Position numbers and translations under genes: made by a program
NCBI GenBank assembly: GCA_964514305.1
Contig: CAZEQD010000001.1
Coordinates: forward strand, 27,181-91,180
DNA from: an uncultured Eubacteriales bacterium
Lineage (GTDB): Bacteria > Acidobacteriota > Aminicenantia > Aminicenantales > Aminicenantaceae
Direction: 5' to 3'
Length of the DNA stretch: 64,000 nt
The notes under the pieces: model-generated
Databases searched by the model: none
Told to the model about the DNA's origin: nothing
Seen by the model: only the letters and a program-made list of their open reading frames with translations
Shown here: one piece after another, positions 17,225 through 26,376 of the stretch
Numbering within the stretch: the first letter of the stretch is position 1
How the letters are laid out: each line of letters starts with the position of its first letter

Positions 17225-17905
17225 ATGCTAATTCTTGCTGTTGATACTACTACCTGGTCAGGATCAGTGGCTCTGCTTAAAGGTGCTAAGCTGCTGGCTG
17301 AAGTTAATCTTGAATCTCCCTTAACTCATTCTGAAAAACTGCTTCCGGCCATAGATTTTGTCCTGAAAGCCCACGCTCTGGACATTAAACATGTGGAAGG
17401 CTTTGCTCTGGCTGTAGGACCGGGGTCTTTTACCGGCATCAGGATTGGCCTGAGCACTGTCAAATCTTTTGCTTTTGCTTCGGGAAAGCCAGTGGCTCCC
17501 ATTTCTTCTTTGCAGGCCCTAGCTTTTAAGATGCGCTCTTCTGCAGCCCGCCTTGTTTCACCTGTTGTTGACGCCAAGAAAGGGGAAATTTACGCTGCTC
17601 TTTTTGAACTGAAGGCTCAGCATCTGGAGGAAATAGTTGTCCAAGGAGCTTATAAACCTGATTTATTCTTTTCTCTTCTTCCTGCCCACCGGATTATTCA
17701 TTTTATCGGCAATGGACTGGAAAGCTACAAACAGAAGATTTTTCAATATCTTAAGGATAAAGCCCGCTTCTCACCCCGGACTTATTTTATAGCTTATGAA
17801 GTCGGACTTTTAGGTTATGAATTGTTTATTCATAATAGGGGATTGAGTTTTGAAGAAGTGGAGCCTCTCTATTTTAGAAAGTCTCAAGCGGAGGAGAAAG
17901 ATTAA
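17225..17905 (+). CDS. tsaB: tRNA threonylcarbamoyladenosine biosynthesis protein TsaB (YeaZ)
   Basis: MLILAVDTTTWSGSVALL... and the GPGSFTGIRIG motif. The classic tsaB-rimI pairing. Confidence 0.8.
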   Translation: MLILAVDTTTWSGSVALLKGAKLLAEVNLESPLTHSEKLLPAIDFVLKAHALDIKHVEGFALAVGPGSFTGIRIGLSTVKSFAFASGKPVAPISSLQALAFKMRSSAARLVSPVVDAKKGEIYAALFELKAQHLEEIVVQGAYKPDLFFSLLPAHRIIHFIGNGLESYKQKIFQYLKDKARFSPRTYFIAYEVGLLGYELFIHNRGLSFEEVEPLYFRKSQAEEKD

Positions 17906-17945
17906 AAAAGACAAACTCCTAACTCCTTTTTTTTACCTAAAAAAA

Positions 17946-18377
17946 ATGGAAGAAAAAGATGTAGCTTCAGTCTTAGCTATTGAGAAAGTGTCATTTACCA
18001 ATCCCTGGCAGGAAGCAACTTTTTTGGGAGAAATAAGTAACCGCTCCATTTCTTTTCCTTATGTGATTGTTCATAAAGATTTAGATAAAGTCATAGGTTA
18101 TATAATTTATTGGAAGATAAAAGGAGAGGTTCAAATCAGTAATATTGCCGTTCATCCAGATTTTAGGCAGAGAGGAATAGCTGAGGCTGTCCTCCGCCAG
18201 GTAATGAATGAATTAAAAAGAGAAGGAGCTGAATTTATTACTTTAGAAGTCAGGCCTTCCAATACAGCCGCTTTGCATCTTTACAGGAAATTAGGGTTTG
18301 AAATCTTAGGCATAAGAAAAAATTATTATACCCATCCTCAAGAACACGCTTTAGTCATGGGCAAATATCTCAGCTAA
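17946..18377 (+). CDS. rimI: Ribosomal-protein-alanine N-acetyltransferase (GNAT) RimI
   Basis: GNAT motifs (IAVHPDFRQRGIAEAVL, LEVRPSNTAALHLYRKLGF). Start moved to the internal Met at 17946 to avoid overlap with tsaB. Confidence 0.75.
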   Translation: MEEKDVASVLAIEKVSFTNPWQEATFLGEISNRSISFPYVIVHKDLDKVIGYIIYWKIKGEVQISNIAVHPDFRQRGIAEAVLRQVMNELKREGAEFITLEVRPSNTAALHLYRKLGFEILGIRKNYYTHPQEHALVMGKYLS

Positions 18378-19105
18378 TAATTTACTTTTATCAAACACAG
18401 CCCTTTGGCCGGAGCTGTGGGGCCGGCCAGAGAGCGGGATTTTGTATGGAAAATTTTATCTATTTCCAGGGGAGACATTTTCCCCTTGCCGATTTCCAAG
18501 AGAGTGCCGACAATAGTCCTGACCATGTATCTTAAGAATCCATTGGCTTCAATAGTATAAATGATTTCGGACTCTTTCTTGTTTATAATTGAAGCTGTCA
18601 CTTTACGGATTGGCCTGAGAAATCGATTGGAGGAGAATCCAGAAAAGTCGGCTTCTCTTACAAAAAGAGGAGCAGCTTCAGCCATTGATTGCCAGTCAAG
18701 CGGAGCTGGCCAGTGAAAGGCATATCTAAAAAGAAAGGGGGTTATCAAGGGAGAGTTGATAATTCGATATTGATAAATTTTAGATTTGGCCAAACGGCGG
18801 GCGTGAAAGTCTTTGTCAGCTTTTTCCAGCTCAATTACCCGTATGTCTCCAGGCAGAATGGCGTTAAAGGCCCGCCATAGTTCCTTTTCTTGAAGATGAG
18901 TGGACGCCTGGAAATGAGCCGCCTGGGCTAGAGCATGAACTCCAGCGTCAGTTCTTCCAGCTCCTATGACCGCCACCTTCTGGCCGATTATTTTAGCCAA
19001 GGCCTCTTCAAGCATGCCTTGAATTGTTTTTTTGTCAGGCTGTCGCTGCCAGCCGCAATAATCAGTACCATCGTAACTTAAGACAAGCTTATATTTTTCT
19101 TTCAT
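18374..19105 (-). CDS. truA: tRNA pseudouridine(38-40) synthase TruA
   Basis: MKEKYKLVLSYDGTDYCGWQRQ and GAGRTDAGVHA catalytic-Asp motif. The track ORF's N-terminal extension was trimmed. Confidence 0.85.
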   Translation of the reverse strand: MKEKYKLVLSYDGTDYCGWQRQPDKKTIQGMLEEALAKIIGQKVAVIGAGRTDAGVHALAQAAHFQASTHLQEKELWRAFNAILPGDIRVIELEKADKDFHARRLAKSKIYQYRIINSPLITPFLFRYAFHWPAPLDWQSMAEAAPLFVREADFSGFSSNRFLRPIRKVTASIINKKESEIIYTIEANGFLRYMVRTIVGTLLEIGKGKMSPLEIDKIFHTKSRSLAGPTAPAKGLCLIKVNY

Positions 19106-19175
19106 CTTTCCTTTTAGGAGTAAACTTTTATTATCCTCAATTGAGAAAGATTTAGAGATACCGATAGATTTATTT

Positions 19176-19646
19176 TCATTTACGACTGGCAAACTTAAAA
19201 GCCAACTCCACCGCATCTTGGGCCGAACCAGCCTTAAGGATGCCTTCTATAGGCCAAGTACCCAGGCCAATAACTTTTTTGCCGTAAATGTTCCCATAGG
19301 CAATTTCGCTTAGTGTCCCATAGCGGCCATTAATTGCAATCAGGACATCGGCATTCATAGCCACTAAGGAATTACGGGCATAGCCGAGGCCAGTAACTAC
19401 TGGGAAATCAATATAAGGATTAGCATCTGAAACTTGCATTCCTGGGAGGATGCCTACGGTTAAACCGCCTGCCTCTTTAGCCCCTCGAGCCGAAGCTTCC
19501 ATAATACCACCAAGCCCTCCGCAGACAAGAATTCCCCCTTTTTTGCCTATTAACTTACCTACTTGGAAGGCCAGCTGGTAAGAGGTCTTATCTGGTTTTG
19601 ATCCGCCGATTATGCCTATTCTCGTCTTTTTTTTCAAATCTTCCAT
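19176..19646 (-). CDS. LOG/TIGR00725-family Rossmann-fold protein (lysine-decarboxylase-like)
   Basis: IGIIGGSKPD...LVCGGLGGIMEASARGAKEAGGLTVGILP, typical of the TIGR00725/LOG family. Confidence 0.65.
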   Translation of the reverse strand: MEDLKKKTRIGIIGGSKPDKTSYQLAFQVGKLIGKKGGILVCGGLGGIMEASARGAKEAGGLTVGILPGMQVSDANPYIDFPVVTGLGYARNSLVAMNADVLIAINGRYGTLSEIAYGNIYGKKVIGLGTWPIEGILKAGSAQDAVELAFKFASRK

Positions 19647-19897
19647 TTTTTATCCTTTTGTCTGAGAACAGTCAATTAGCCTTCTAATTTAATCATATAG
19701 CCGCCTTCATTTCAATTGTGGATTTGAAGGGTATTTTTTCCATAATAAAGTAATTGATTATGGATTACGTTGGATGTTGAACAATGTGCTATTTATTAAA
19801 AAAAGGAGGCTTTTTCTTTCCTTTTTAATGTTGAACCTCTTGTTTAAATAGATTAAAATGCCAGACTGGAAGTAAAAAATTAAGTAAGAGGGAAAAA

Positions 19898-20116
19898 ATG
19901 GAAGACTTTCTGGAGATAAGGTGTTTGACTAAAGAGGAACAAACAAGACTCATGGAAGAAATCAAAAAAAGGATTGAAGAGAAAAAGAAAGAAGGCCTTT
20001 TAACTGAGAAAGAAATTAAAGAAATTGAGGTCATGAAGCTTCGTCCTTTGCCTGATATCCAAGATGTTCAGAGTGTTTATGAAGATTTTATGTTTAAAAG
20101 AGGAAAAAAACAATAG
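19898..20116 (+). CDS. Hypothetical small charged protein
   Basis: 72-aa K/E-rich ORF with a preceding RBS (aagagggaaaaaATG). No homology recognised. Confidence 0.3.
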   Translation: MEDFLEIRCLTKEEQTRLMEEIKKRIEEKKKEGLLTEKEIKEIEVMKLRPLPDIQDVQSVYEDFMFKRGKKQ

Positions 20117-20138
20117 TCTTCTTATGGAGGAATAATTT

Positions 20139-20678
20139 ATGGAAAAGGAAAAGAAAGAATTTGGAGAAAATAATCAGGAGATAAAGATAGATTATGATAA
20201 TATTGATGTAGCTCGAATTATGGATCAAATTAAACAAAAAATTGCTAAGGAAGGCCGCTCAGGAGAAGAAAGCAGGAAAAATTCAGGGGCAAGACTAATG
20301 TACCCTTCGTTTAGTCCGGAATTAGAAGAAACAGGAGGTCTCAAGAATAAATTAAAGAAAATACTGTTGACAGTAATGAAACCATTCTCTCCTCTAATAA
20401 AACTTCTAATTTTGCCTGTTTACGATGAATTTAGGCATACTGTTCGCATCCTGGACCAAACTAACAGGAAAATAGATGATCTTTATGAGCGTGAGAGAAA
20501 AATGGAAGGCTGGGAATATATTAAACTCCTCCATAATTTATCTCATAATATGGTAGTTGAATTAACTAAACTGAAAATAGAAGAAGAAGATTTAAAGCTT
20601 AAGCTGAGAATACTGGAAAAAGACTTTGAGTTTTTAAGAAAAAGAGAGAAAGCTTTAGAGAAGCACCTCTTCAGATGA
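20139..20678 (+). CDS. Hypothetical coiled-coil protein
   Basis: 179 aa, highly charged, heptad-rich C-terminus. Overlaps and is coupled to the first glycosyltransferase. Confidence 0.4.
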   Translation: MEKEKKEFGENNQEIKIDYDNIDVARIMDQIKQKIAKEGRSGEESRKNSGARLMYPSFSPELEETGGLKNKLKKILLTVMKPFSPLIKLLILPVYDEFRHTVRILDQTNRKIDDLYERERKMEGWEYIKLLHNLSHNMVVELTKLKIEEEDLKLKLRILEKDFEFLRKREKALEKHLFR

Positions 20679-21853
20679 AAATAGCTTTTGTCGTCCAGAG
20701 ATATGGCTTGGAGATTAGCGGTGGAGCTGAACTCCACTGCCGCTGGGTAGCTGAGCATATGAGTAAGCACTGGCAGGTGGAAGTTTTAACCACCCGAGCT
20801 TATGATTACATTACCTGGAAGAATCATTATCATCAAGGTCAGGAAGTAATAAATGGTCTTTCCATTAGAAGGTTTTCTGTAGCCAAAAAAAGAGAGCCGC
20901 GAAGATTCGGCCGTATCCAATCTTATATTTTAAATAACAGGCACAGCCGCCAAGAAGAGCTAAGATGGCTGGAAGAAGAAGGGCCTTATTCTCCTCAACT
21001 TATTCAATATATAGAAGATAACCGCCATAATTATGATTATTTTATTTTCTTCAGCTACCGTTATTATCATTCTTTTTGGGGGATAAAGGCTGTGCCTGAC
21101 AAAAGCATTCTGGTGCCTACAGCCGAACATGATCCTGTTATTTATCTCGACATTTTTAGAGAGTTATTCAACAAACCTCAGGCTATTATATATAACTCTG
21201 AAGAAGAGAGAAAAATAATAAATTCAGTGGCTGACAACAGTCATATATTGGGGGAAGTGGTTGGAGTAGGTACGGAAATCCCGCCTTCCTATTCTGCTCA
21301 AAAATTCCGTCAGGATTACCTGATAGATGGAGATTATATCCTTTATTTAGGTCGAATCGATGAGAACAAGGGCTGTGGTCAACTGTTTGATTATTTTTTA
21401 AGGTTTAAAAGGCAGACAGGTTCGGAGATTAAATTAGTCTTAATTGGCAGTACTGTCCTTAGAATCCCTTCTCATCCTGATATTCTCTTTTTTGGGTTTG
21501 TCTCGGATGAAGATAAATTTTCAGCTTTAGCTGGAGCCCTGCTTTTGGTTATGCCTTCATTTTATGAAAGCTTGTCTATGGTTACCTTGGAAGCCTGGGC
21601 AGCTGGCAAACCGGTTTTGGCTAACGGAAGATGTGAGGTTTTAAAAGGACAATGTTTAAGAAGCAATGCTGGTCTTTTTTATGAAAATTACGATGAATTC
21701 AGTCAAGCTCTCCAGCTTCTTTTGTCTTCTGATCAGCTACGGCAAGCCCTCGGCTCCAACGGCCGCAATTATTATCTTAAGCGTTATACCTGGGATATTA
21801 TAGAAAAGAAATATCTAACTGTAATAGCTCAGCTTGAAGAAAGGAAAAAGTGA
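20675..21853 (+). CDS. Glycosyltransferase family 4 (type A of a duplicated pair)
   Basis: 392 aa, N-terminal VQRYGLEISGGAELH and GRIDENKGCGQL (GT4 GRxxxEKG-like) motifs, C-terminal GT1-fold domain. Confidence 0.7.
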   Translation: MKIAFVVQRYGLEISGGAELHCRWVAEHMSKHWQVEVLTTRAYDYITWKNHYHQGQEVINGLSIRRFSVAKKREPRRFGRIQSYILNNRHSRQEELRWLEEEGPYSPQLIQYIEDNRHNYDYFIFFSYRYYHSFWGIKAVPDKSILVPTAEHDPVIYLDIFRELFNKPQAIIYNSEEERKIINSVADNSHILGEVVGVGTEIPPSYSAQKFRQDYLIDGDYILYLGRIDENKGCGQLFDYFLRFKRQTGSEIKLVLIGSTVLRIPSHPDILFFGFVSDEDKFSALAGALLLVMPSFYESLSMVTLEAWAAGKPVLANGRCEVLKGQCLRSNAGLFYENYDEFSQALQLLLSSDQLRQALGSNGRNYYLKRYTWDIIEKKYLTVIAQLEERKK

Positions 21854-22920
21854 TGGAGGTCCATCAATTAGCTACTTCTCTGAGCTATGGAGACGCCATT
21901 TCCGATGAAATGCTGGAAATTCAAAAGGTCCTAAGAGAGAAAGGCTACAAGTCTGAGATTTTTGTTAAATTCTTTGATCCCAGGATGGCTTCCTCCGTCA
22001 AAGATTACAGAGAATATCATCGATTCAGTTCACCCCAAAATGTGGTCATTTTTCATTTCTCTATTGGCTCCCCTGTTTCTAAATTATTCTTCCGTCTCCC
22101 AGATAAAAAAATAATGATCTACCATAATATAACTCCCTCTGATTATTTTATAGATTATCATCGCATCCTGGCCCGAGAATGCTACAAAGGCCGCCTGGAA
22201 ATAAAACTTTTTGTCGATAAAGTTGATCTAGCTCTGGGAGATTCAGAATTCAACCGCCAGGAATTGGAAAGGGTAGGTTATACTCAGACAGGAGTCCTGC
22301 CGCTGGTCTTGAATTTTTCCAAATTTGAGGGGAAAGAGGATTTAGTGACCAAGGAGATTTTCGCCAATAGTAAAACAACTATCCTTTATGTGGGCCGCTT
22401 AATACCTAATAAAAAGTTTGAAGATATTATAAAGACTTTTTATTTTTATCAGCGTTATTTCAATCCTCAATCTCAGCTCATCCTGGTAGGCGATTACAGA
22501 GGAATGGAGCGCTACTACGGCTGCCTTCGGCACCTGGTCAACAAATTGGGCCTAAATGATGTTCACTTTAGCGGCCATGTCGAATTTCCAGAATTGTTAT
22601 CCTTTTACCGGCTGGCTCATCTCTACTTAAGCTTGAGCGAACATGAAGGATTTGGCGTTCCTCTTGTTGAAGCCTTTTACCTAAAGCTGCCTGTTATTGC
22701 TTTTGCAGCCGGAGCTGTGGAAGAAACAATGAATGGAGGGGGAATCTTGCTCCGCCATAAGGATTTTCTTATGACAGCAGCTTTAATTGACACCATTTTG
22801 ACCGAAGAAAATATAAAAAAAAGAATAATTGAAGCCCAGCTTCAAGCTTTAAAAAGATATGATAGAGGAAAAATATCAGGAATTTTATTCAATTATATTG
22901 AAAATATAGGCCAAAAATGA
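21850..22920 (+). CDS. Glycosyltransferase family 4-like (type B)
   Basis: 356 aa. EHEGFGVPLVEA E-x7-E motif characteristic of retaining GT4 enzymes. ATGA overlap with the upstream gene. Confidence 0.7.
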   Translation: MMEVHQLATSLSYGDAISDEMLEIQKVLREKGYKSEIFVKFFDPRMASSVKDYREYHRFSSPQNVVIFHFSIGSPVSKLFFRLPDKKIMIYHNITPSDYFIDYHRILARECYKGRLEIKLFVDKVDLALGDSEFNRQELERVGYTQTGVLPLVLNFSKFEGKEDLVTKEIFANSKTTILYVGRLIPNKKFEDIIKTFYFYQRYFNPQSQLILVGDYRGMERYYGCLRHLVNKLGLNDVHFSGHVEFPELLSFYRLAHLYLSLSEHEGFGVPLVEAFYLKLPVIAFAAGAVEETMNGGGILLRHKDFLMTAALIDTILTEENIKKRIIEAQLQALKRYDRGKISGILFNYIENIGQK

Positions 22921-23984
22921 GAGTTGATCAATTTATTCCAGCTTATCACCGCGGAGATGCCATTGGTGATACAGCTACTCATCTCAAGAAGTTTTTTCTT
23001 TCTCAGGGTTTTCAATCGCAGATATACTGTTTGTCTCGAGATTCTGGACTGGAACTTGAATCCAGCCTGTTCAGTTCATTTCCTCAGCCAGCAGCCTCTG
23101 ATATTACTATTCTTCATTTTGCCCTGCCTTCTCCTCTTACCAAGCCTTTCATAAATTTGCCCACTAGGAAACTAATTATCTATCACAATATTACTCCTCC
23201 CCAATTTTTTATAGAGTTCGATCAGGAACTGGCCAGATTGGCCCATCTTGGCCGCCAGGAACTAAAATCATTAATTTCCAATGTTTCACTAGCTCTGGCC
23301 GATTCAGATTATAACCGCCAGGAGCTTCTTGACCTTGGCTTTAAAAGGGCTGAAGTTTTTCCTCTCTTTGTTGATTTTGAAAAATATAAAAAGCCCCCTA
23401 GCCCTTTAATGTATGAGCTTATACGGGATGAGCGACTTAATATTCTTTTTGTCGGCAGAATTGCTCCCAATAAAAAAATAGAGGATTTGATTAAAGTCAC
23501 ATTTTACTATAAAAAATACATTTCCCCCCTGGTAAGGTTAATAGTAATCGGGAAAACCTCGAGTGTTCCTAAATATTATGAGAGCCTTATTCGTCTGGCA
23601 GATGAGTTTTATCTCCAGCCAGAAGAAATTTCTTTTACTGGCCACATTGCCGATGAAGAAATGTTTGCTCTTTACCAAGCTTCGGATGTTTTTTTATCCT
23701 TGAGTGAACATGAAGGCTTTTGTTTGCCTTTGGTGGAGAGTATGATTTTCGATCTGCCTATTGTTGCCTATGACTCGACAGCTGTTCCTTTTACTCTGGC
23801 GGGAGCAGGCATCCTGATTAAAAAGAAGAGAGTAGATTATGTGGCCGAACTTTTGGCGGAACTGTTTCATAATCAATCCTTAAGGAAAAAGGTCATCACC
23901 AGCCAGCGCCAGAGGTTAAGCCAGTTCAAGCAGATGGAGCAGGGAAAATTTCTTCTACAAACATTAAAAAGCTTGATGAAATGA
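22917..23984 (+). CDS. Glycosyltransferase family 4-like (type B', paralog of 21850-22920)
   Basis: 355 aa, [12 protein letters not shown]. Collinear similarity to the preceding protein (shared YHRGDAIGD / YHNITP... blocks). Confidence 0.7.
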   Translation: MRVDQFIPAYHRGDAIGDTATHLKKFFLSQGFQSQIYCLSRDSGLELESSLFSSFPQPAASDITILHFALPSPLTKPFINLPTRKLIIYHNITPPQFFIEFDQELARLAHLGRQELKSLISNVSLALADSDYNRQELLDLGFKRAEVFPLFVDFEKYKKPPSPLMYELIRDERLNILFVGRIAPNKKIEDLIKVTFYYKKYISPLVRLIVIGKTSSVPKYYESLIRLADEFYLQPEEISFTGHIADEEMFALYQASDVFLSLSEHEGFCLPLVESMIFDLPIVAYDSTAVPFTLAGAGILIKKKRVDYVAELLAELFHNQSLRKKVITSQRQRLSQFKQMEQGKFLLQTLKSLMK

Positions 23985-23991
23985 GACAAAT

Positions 23992-25170
23992 ATGAGGCTG
24001 GCCTTTATTGTTCAGAGATACGGTTCGGAAGTGATGGGTGGCTCAGAACTTCATTGTCGGCAGGTAGCCGAGCGGCTGGCTGCTTCGGGTTTTGGCTGCA
24101 CAGTTTATACGACTACGGCTAAAGATTATATTTCTTGGAAAAATGAGTATACCCCTGGCACTGTTACCTCCCAGGGAGTAATTATCAAACGTTACCCGGT
24201 GGAAAAAGAAAGAGATATCGATTCTTTTAATCGATTTTCTGATTGGCTATTCCATAACAAGCATACTTACCAGGATGAAGTAAAGTGGCTGGAAGATCAG
24301 GGGCCCTATTCGCCTCCTTTAATTGAAGCTTTAAGGAAGGAGTCAGCTGATCACGATTTTTTTATTTTTTTTACTTATCTCTATTACAATACTTTTTGGG
24401 GACTAAAGAAAGTAAAAGGCAAGAAAGTTCTGGTGCCCACTGCCCATGATGAACCAGCTTTAGATTTGGAGATTATGAAAGATGTTTTTACCCTTCCTCA
24501 GGCTATCCTTTTTAACACTGAATCAGAGAAGAAAATGCTTGCCCGAAAATTTTCTTTCCAGGATAAATATCTAGATACGGTAGGAGTGGGCGTAGACATT
24601 CCCAGTGGCCTTGAAGAACATACTTTTTTAAAAAAACATAAAATAAAGAAGCCATTTATTCTCTATGCTGGTCGCATAGAAGCGGGCAAAGGTTGTCAGG
24701 AGCTGATTGATTATTTCCTTAGGTTTAGCCCTCAATATCCTGATCTTATCCTGATTTTAATAGGAAAGCTGTTAATGGAACTTCCTTCCCATCCAAAGAT
24801 AAGATATCTTGGTTTTCTTCCCTCTAAGGAAAAAAATGCAGCTATGTCTGCAGCCTTAGTTACCCTCCATCCTTCACCCTTCGAAAGCCTATGCATGGCT
24901 GCTTTGGAGTCGATGGCCGTTAAAACCCCTATCCTCGTTCAAGGTAAAACTGAACCCCTTAAAGATCACTGCCTTCAGGGGCGAAGCGGTCTTTTTTATA
25001 CCAATTATGAAGAATTTAAAGAAAGCTTAAATCTTCTTATTAGAGATTCAAAATTAAGAAAGTCTTTGGGGGAGAATGGACTTAAATATGTGATTAGCCG
25101 CTATTCCTGGCCACAGATAATTGCCAAATATAGAAAGTTGTTTTCTTATATGTCAGATGTAAAATTATGA
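23992..25170 (+). CDS. Glycosyltransferase family 4 (type A', paralog of 20675-21853)
   Basis: 392 aa, [27 protein letters not shown]... Collinear with 20675-21853 at roughly 40-45% identity by eye. Confidence 0.7.
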   Translation: MRLAFIVQRYGSEVMGGSELHCRQVAERLAASGFGCTVYTTTAKDYISWKNEYTPGTVTSQGVIIKRYPVEKERDIDSFNRFSDWLFHNKHTYQDEVKWLEDQGPYSPPLIEALRKESADHDFFIFFTYLYYNTFWGLKKVKGKKVLVPTAHDEPALDLEIMKDVFTLPQAILFNTESEKKMLARKFSFQDKYLDTVGVGVDIPSGLEEHTFLKKHKIKKPFILYAGRIEAGKGCQELIDYFLRFSPQYPDLILILIGKLLMELPSHPKIRYLGFLPSKEKNAAMSAALVTLHPSPFESLCMAALESMAVKTPILVQGKTEPLKDHCLQGRSGLFYTNYEEFKESLNLLIRDSKLRKSLGENGLKYVISRYSWPQIIAKYRKLFSYMSDVKL

Positions 25171-25303
25171 AGCAGTAGGTAGCCCTATTAATGAATTATT
25201 TCTCCATGCCCGAGAGCCATTTGTGTTCTTATTGTCACTCAAATTTGACTCGATCACTTTATTGTGTTAAGAGATAGCTAAAGGAAGCGGTAATAGGAAG
25301 GAA

Positions 25304-26110
25304 ATGGCATTTGTAAATTTTGTTACCAAGAATTTAGCCATCAAGATTGTCTATTATGGACCTGGGTTGAGCGGCAAAACCACCAATCTCCGCTATATTT
25401 ATTCCAAATTAGATCCTGACTCTCGCGCCGATTTAATTTGTTTGGAAACTGATACCGAAAGGACAATTTTTTTTGATTTACTACCTGTTAAGGCAGGGCT
25501 TATTGGCGATTTTAAAGTTCATTTTCAGTTAATGACCGTACCTGGACAGGTATTTTATGAGGCTTCCAGGAAGAGTGTTCTTAAAGGAGCCGATGGAATT
25601 GTTTTTGTAGCTGATTCCCAAGTGCCTCTCCTCGATGCCAATCTTGAGAACTTTGATAGTCTCAGGAGAAACTTGCTGGAACACAATATTGATTTGAATT
25701 TTATTCCTCTTGTTTTCCAGTATAATAAAAGAGATTTAGATAATTTAATTCCGGTAGAAACATTTAACAATCTTCTTAATCCTCGGAATTTTCCCTATGT
25801 TGAATCTGCGGCAATTTATGGGCAGGGAGTTATTGAGACCTTAAAAGAGATTTCTAAACTAACTGTGCCTGCAGTTAGAGAGAAAATATTTGGCAAGAAA
25901 AAGGAAGAAGTAAAGCCCAAAGAAAAAGTAAAGATGGAAGAAGAAAAAATCGAAGTTATGGAGCCAGCCTCTAAGAAAGAAGTTGAATTGGCCGCAGCCC
26001 AGAAGACTGCGCCTCTGCGGATGACGAAGATAAAATTTAAATCTCAGAAGGATATTGAGGAAGAATTAGAAAAACTGGCCAAAGAATTTATAGCTAAGGA
26101 TAAAAATTAA
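25304..26110 (+). CDS. mglA: MglA-family Ras-like small GTPase with ~70-aa Lys/Glu-rich C-terminal extension
   Basis: KIVYYGPGLSGKTTNLRYIY...TERTIFFDLLP...QLMTVPGQVFYEASRK..GADGIVFVADSQ...QYNKRDL is a near collinear match to Myxococcus MglA (P-loop, switch regions, NKxD). A C-terminal KEEVKPKEKVKMEEEKIEV... tail is appended. Confidence 0.85.
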   Translation: MAFVNFVTKNLAIKIVYYGPGLSGKTTNLRYIYSKLDPDSRADLICLETDTERTIFFDLLPVKAGLIGDFKVHFQLMTVPGQVFYEASRKSVLKGADGIVFVADSQVPLLDANLENFDSLRRNLLEHNIDLNFIPLVFQYNKRDLDNLIPVETFNNLLNPRNFPYVESAAIYGQGVIETLKEISKLTVPAVREKIFGKKKEEVKPKEKVKMEEEKIEVMEPASKKEVELAAAQKTAPLRMTKIKFKSQKDIEEELEKLAKEFIAKDKN

Positions 26111-26157
26111 AGCTTAAATTTTTCTCTAAGCTAAGAAGGAGGCTCTGTTACTGAATT

Positions 26158-26324
26158 GCCGGTGGGGTCAGACCTTCATAAGTTTCATAACTTTAATTTT
26201 TACAATAACTGTAATAATTTTTGTCCCCTACAAACCGACGAGATATATCAATAGAGAAGCATAATTTATGAAACTTATGAAGGTCTGACCCCGTGTATAT
26301 TACCCCACTTTTCGTTATAGAGCC
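26158..26324. repeat. Dispersed repeat element, copy 1 (perfect 27-bp inverted repeats 26164-26190 / 26266-26292 flanking a ~75-bp core, plus ~35-bp conserved tail)
   Basis: Roughly 90% identical (by eye) to 52115-52307 in the same orientation. Arms ggggtcagaccttcataagtttcataa / ttatgaaacttatgaaggtctgacccc. Confidence 0.85.
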
Positions 26325-26376
26325 AAGAAGGGGTTGACATAATTCAGCCAGATGTTCGTCTTTAAAGTAGACGAAC

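Noticed and set aside
19774-19836. Direct repeat of aATGTTGAAC (19774-19782 and 19828-19836) in the divergent intergenic region between the LOG-like gene and the small ORF at 19898
   Set aside because: Only 9-10 nt and two copies. Chance occurrence in AT-rich DNA cannot be excluded. It is recorded only as a possible regulator-binding site.
26292-26302. TGTGTATATT inside the repeat tail as an outward-facing extended -10 promoter
   Set aside because: The TG dinucleotide is mis-spaced relative to the best hexamer (it would need TGnTATAAT), and there is no -35. It is conserved in both copies but not convincing as a promoter.
26334-26339. TTGACA hexamer upstream of yifB as a sigma-70 -35 element
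   Set aside because: No acceptable -10 hexamer sits at 16-19-nt spacing (the nearest TTTAAA is about 21 nt away), so no promoter is called.
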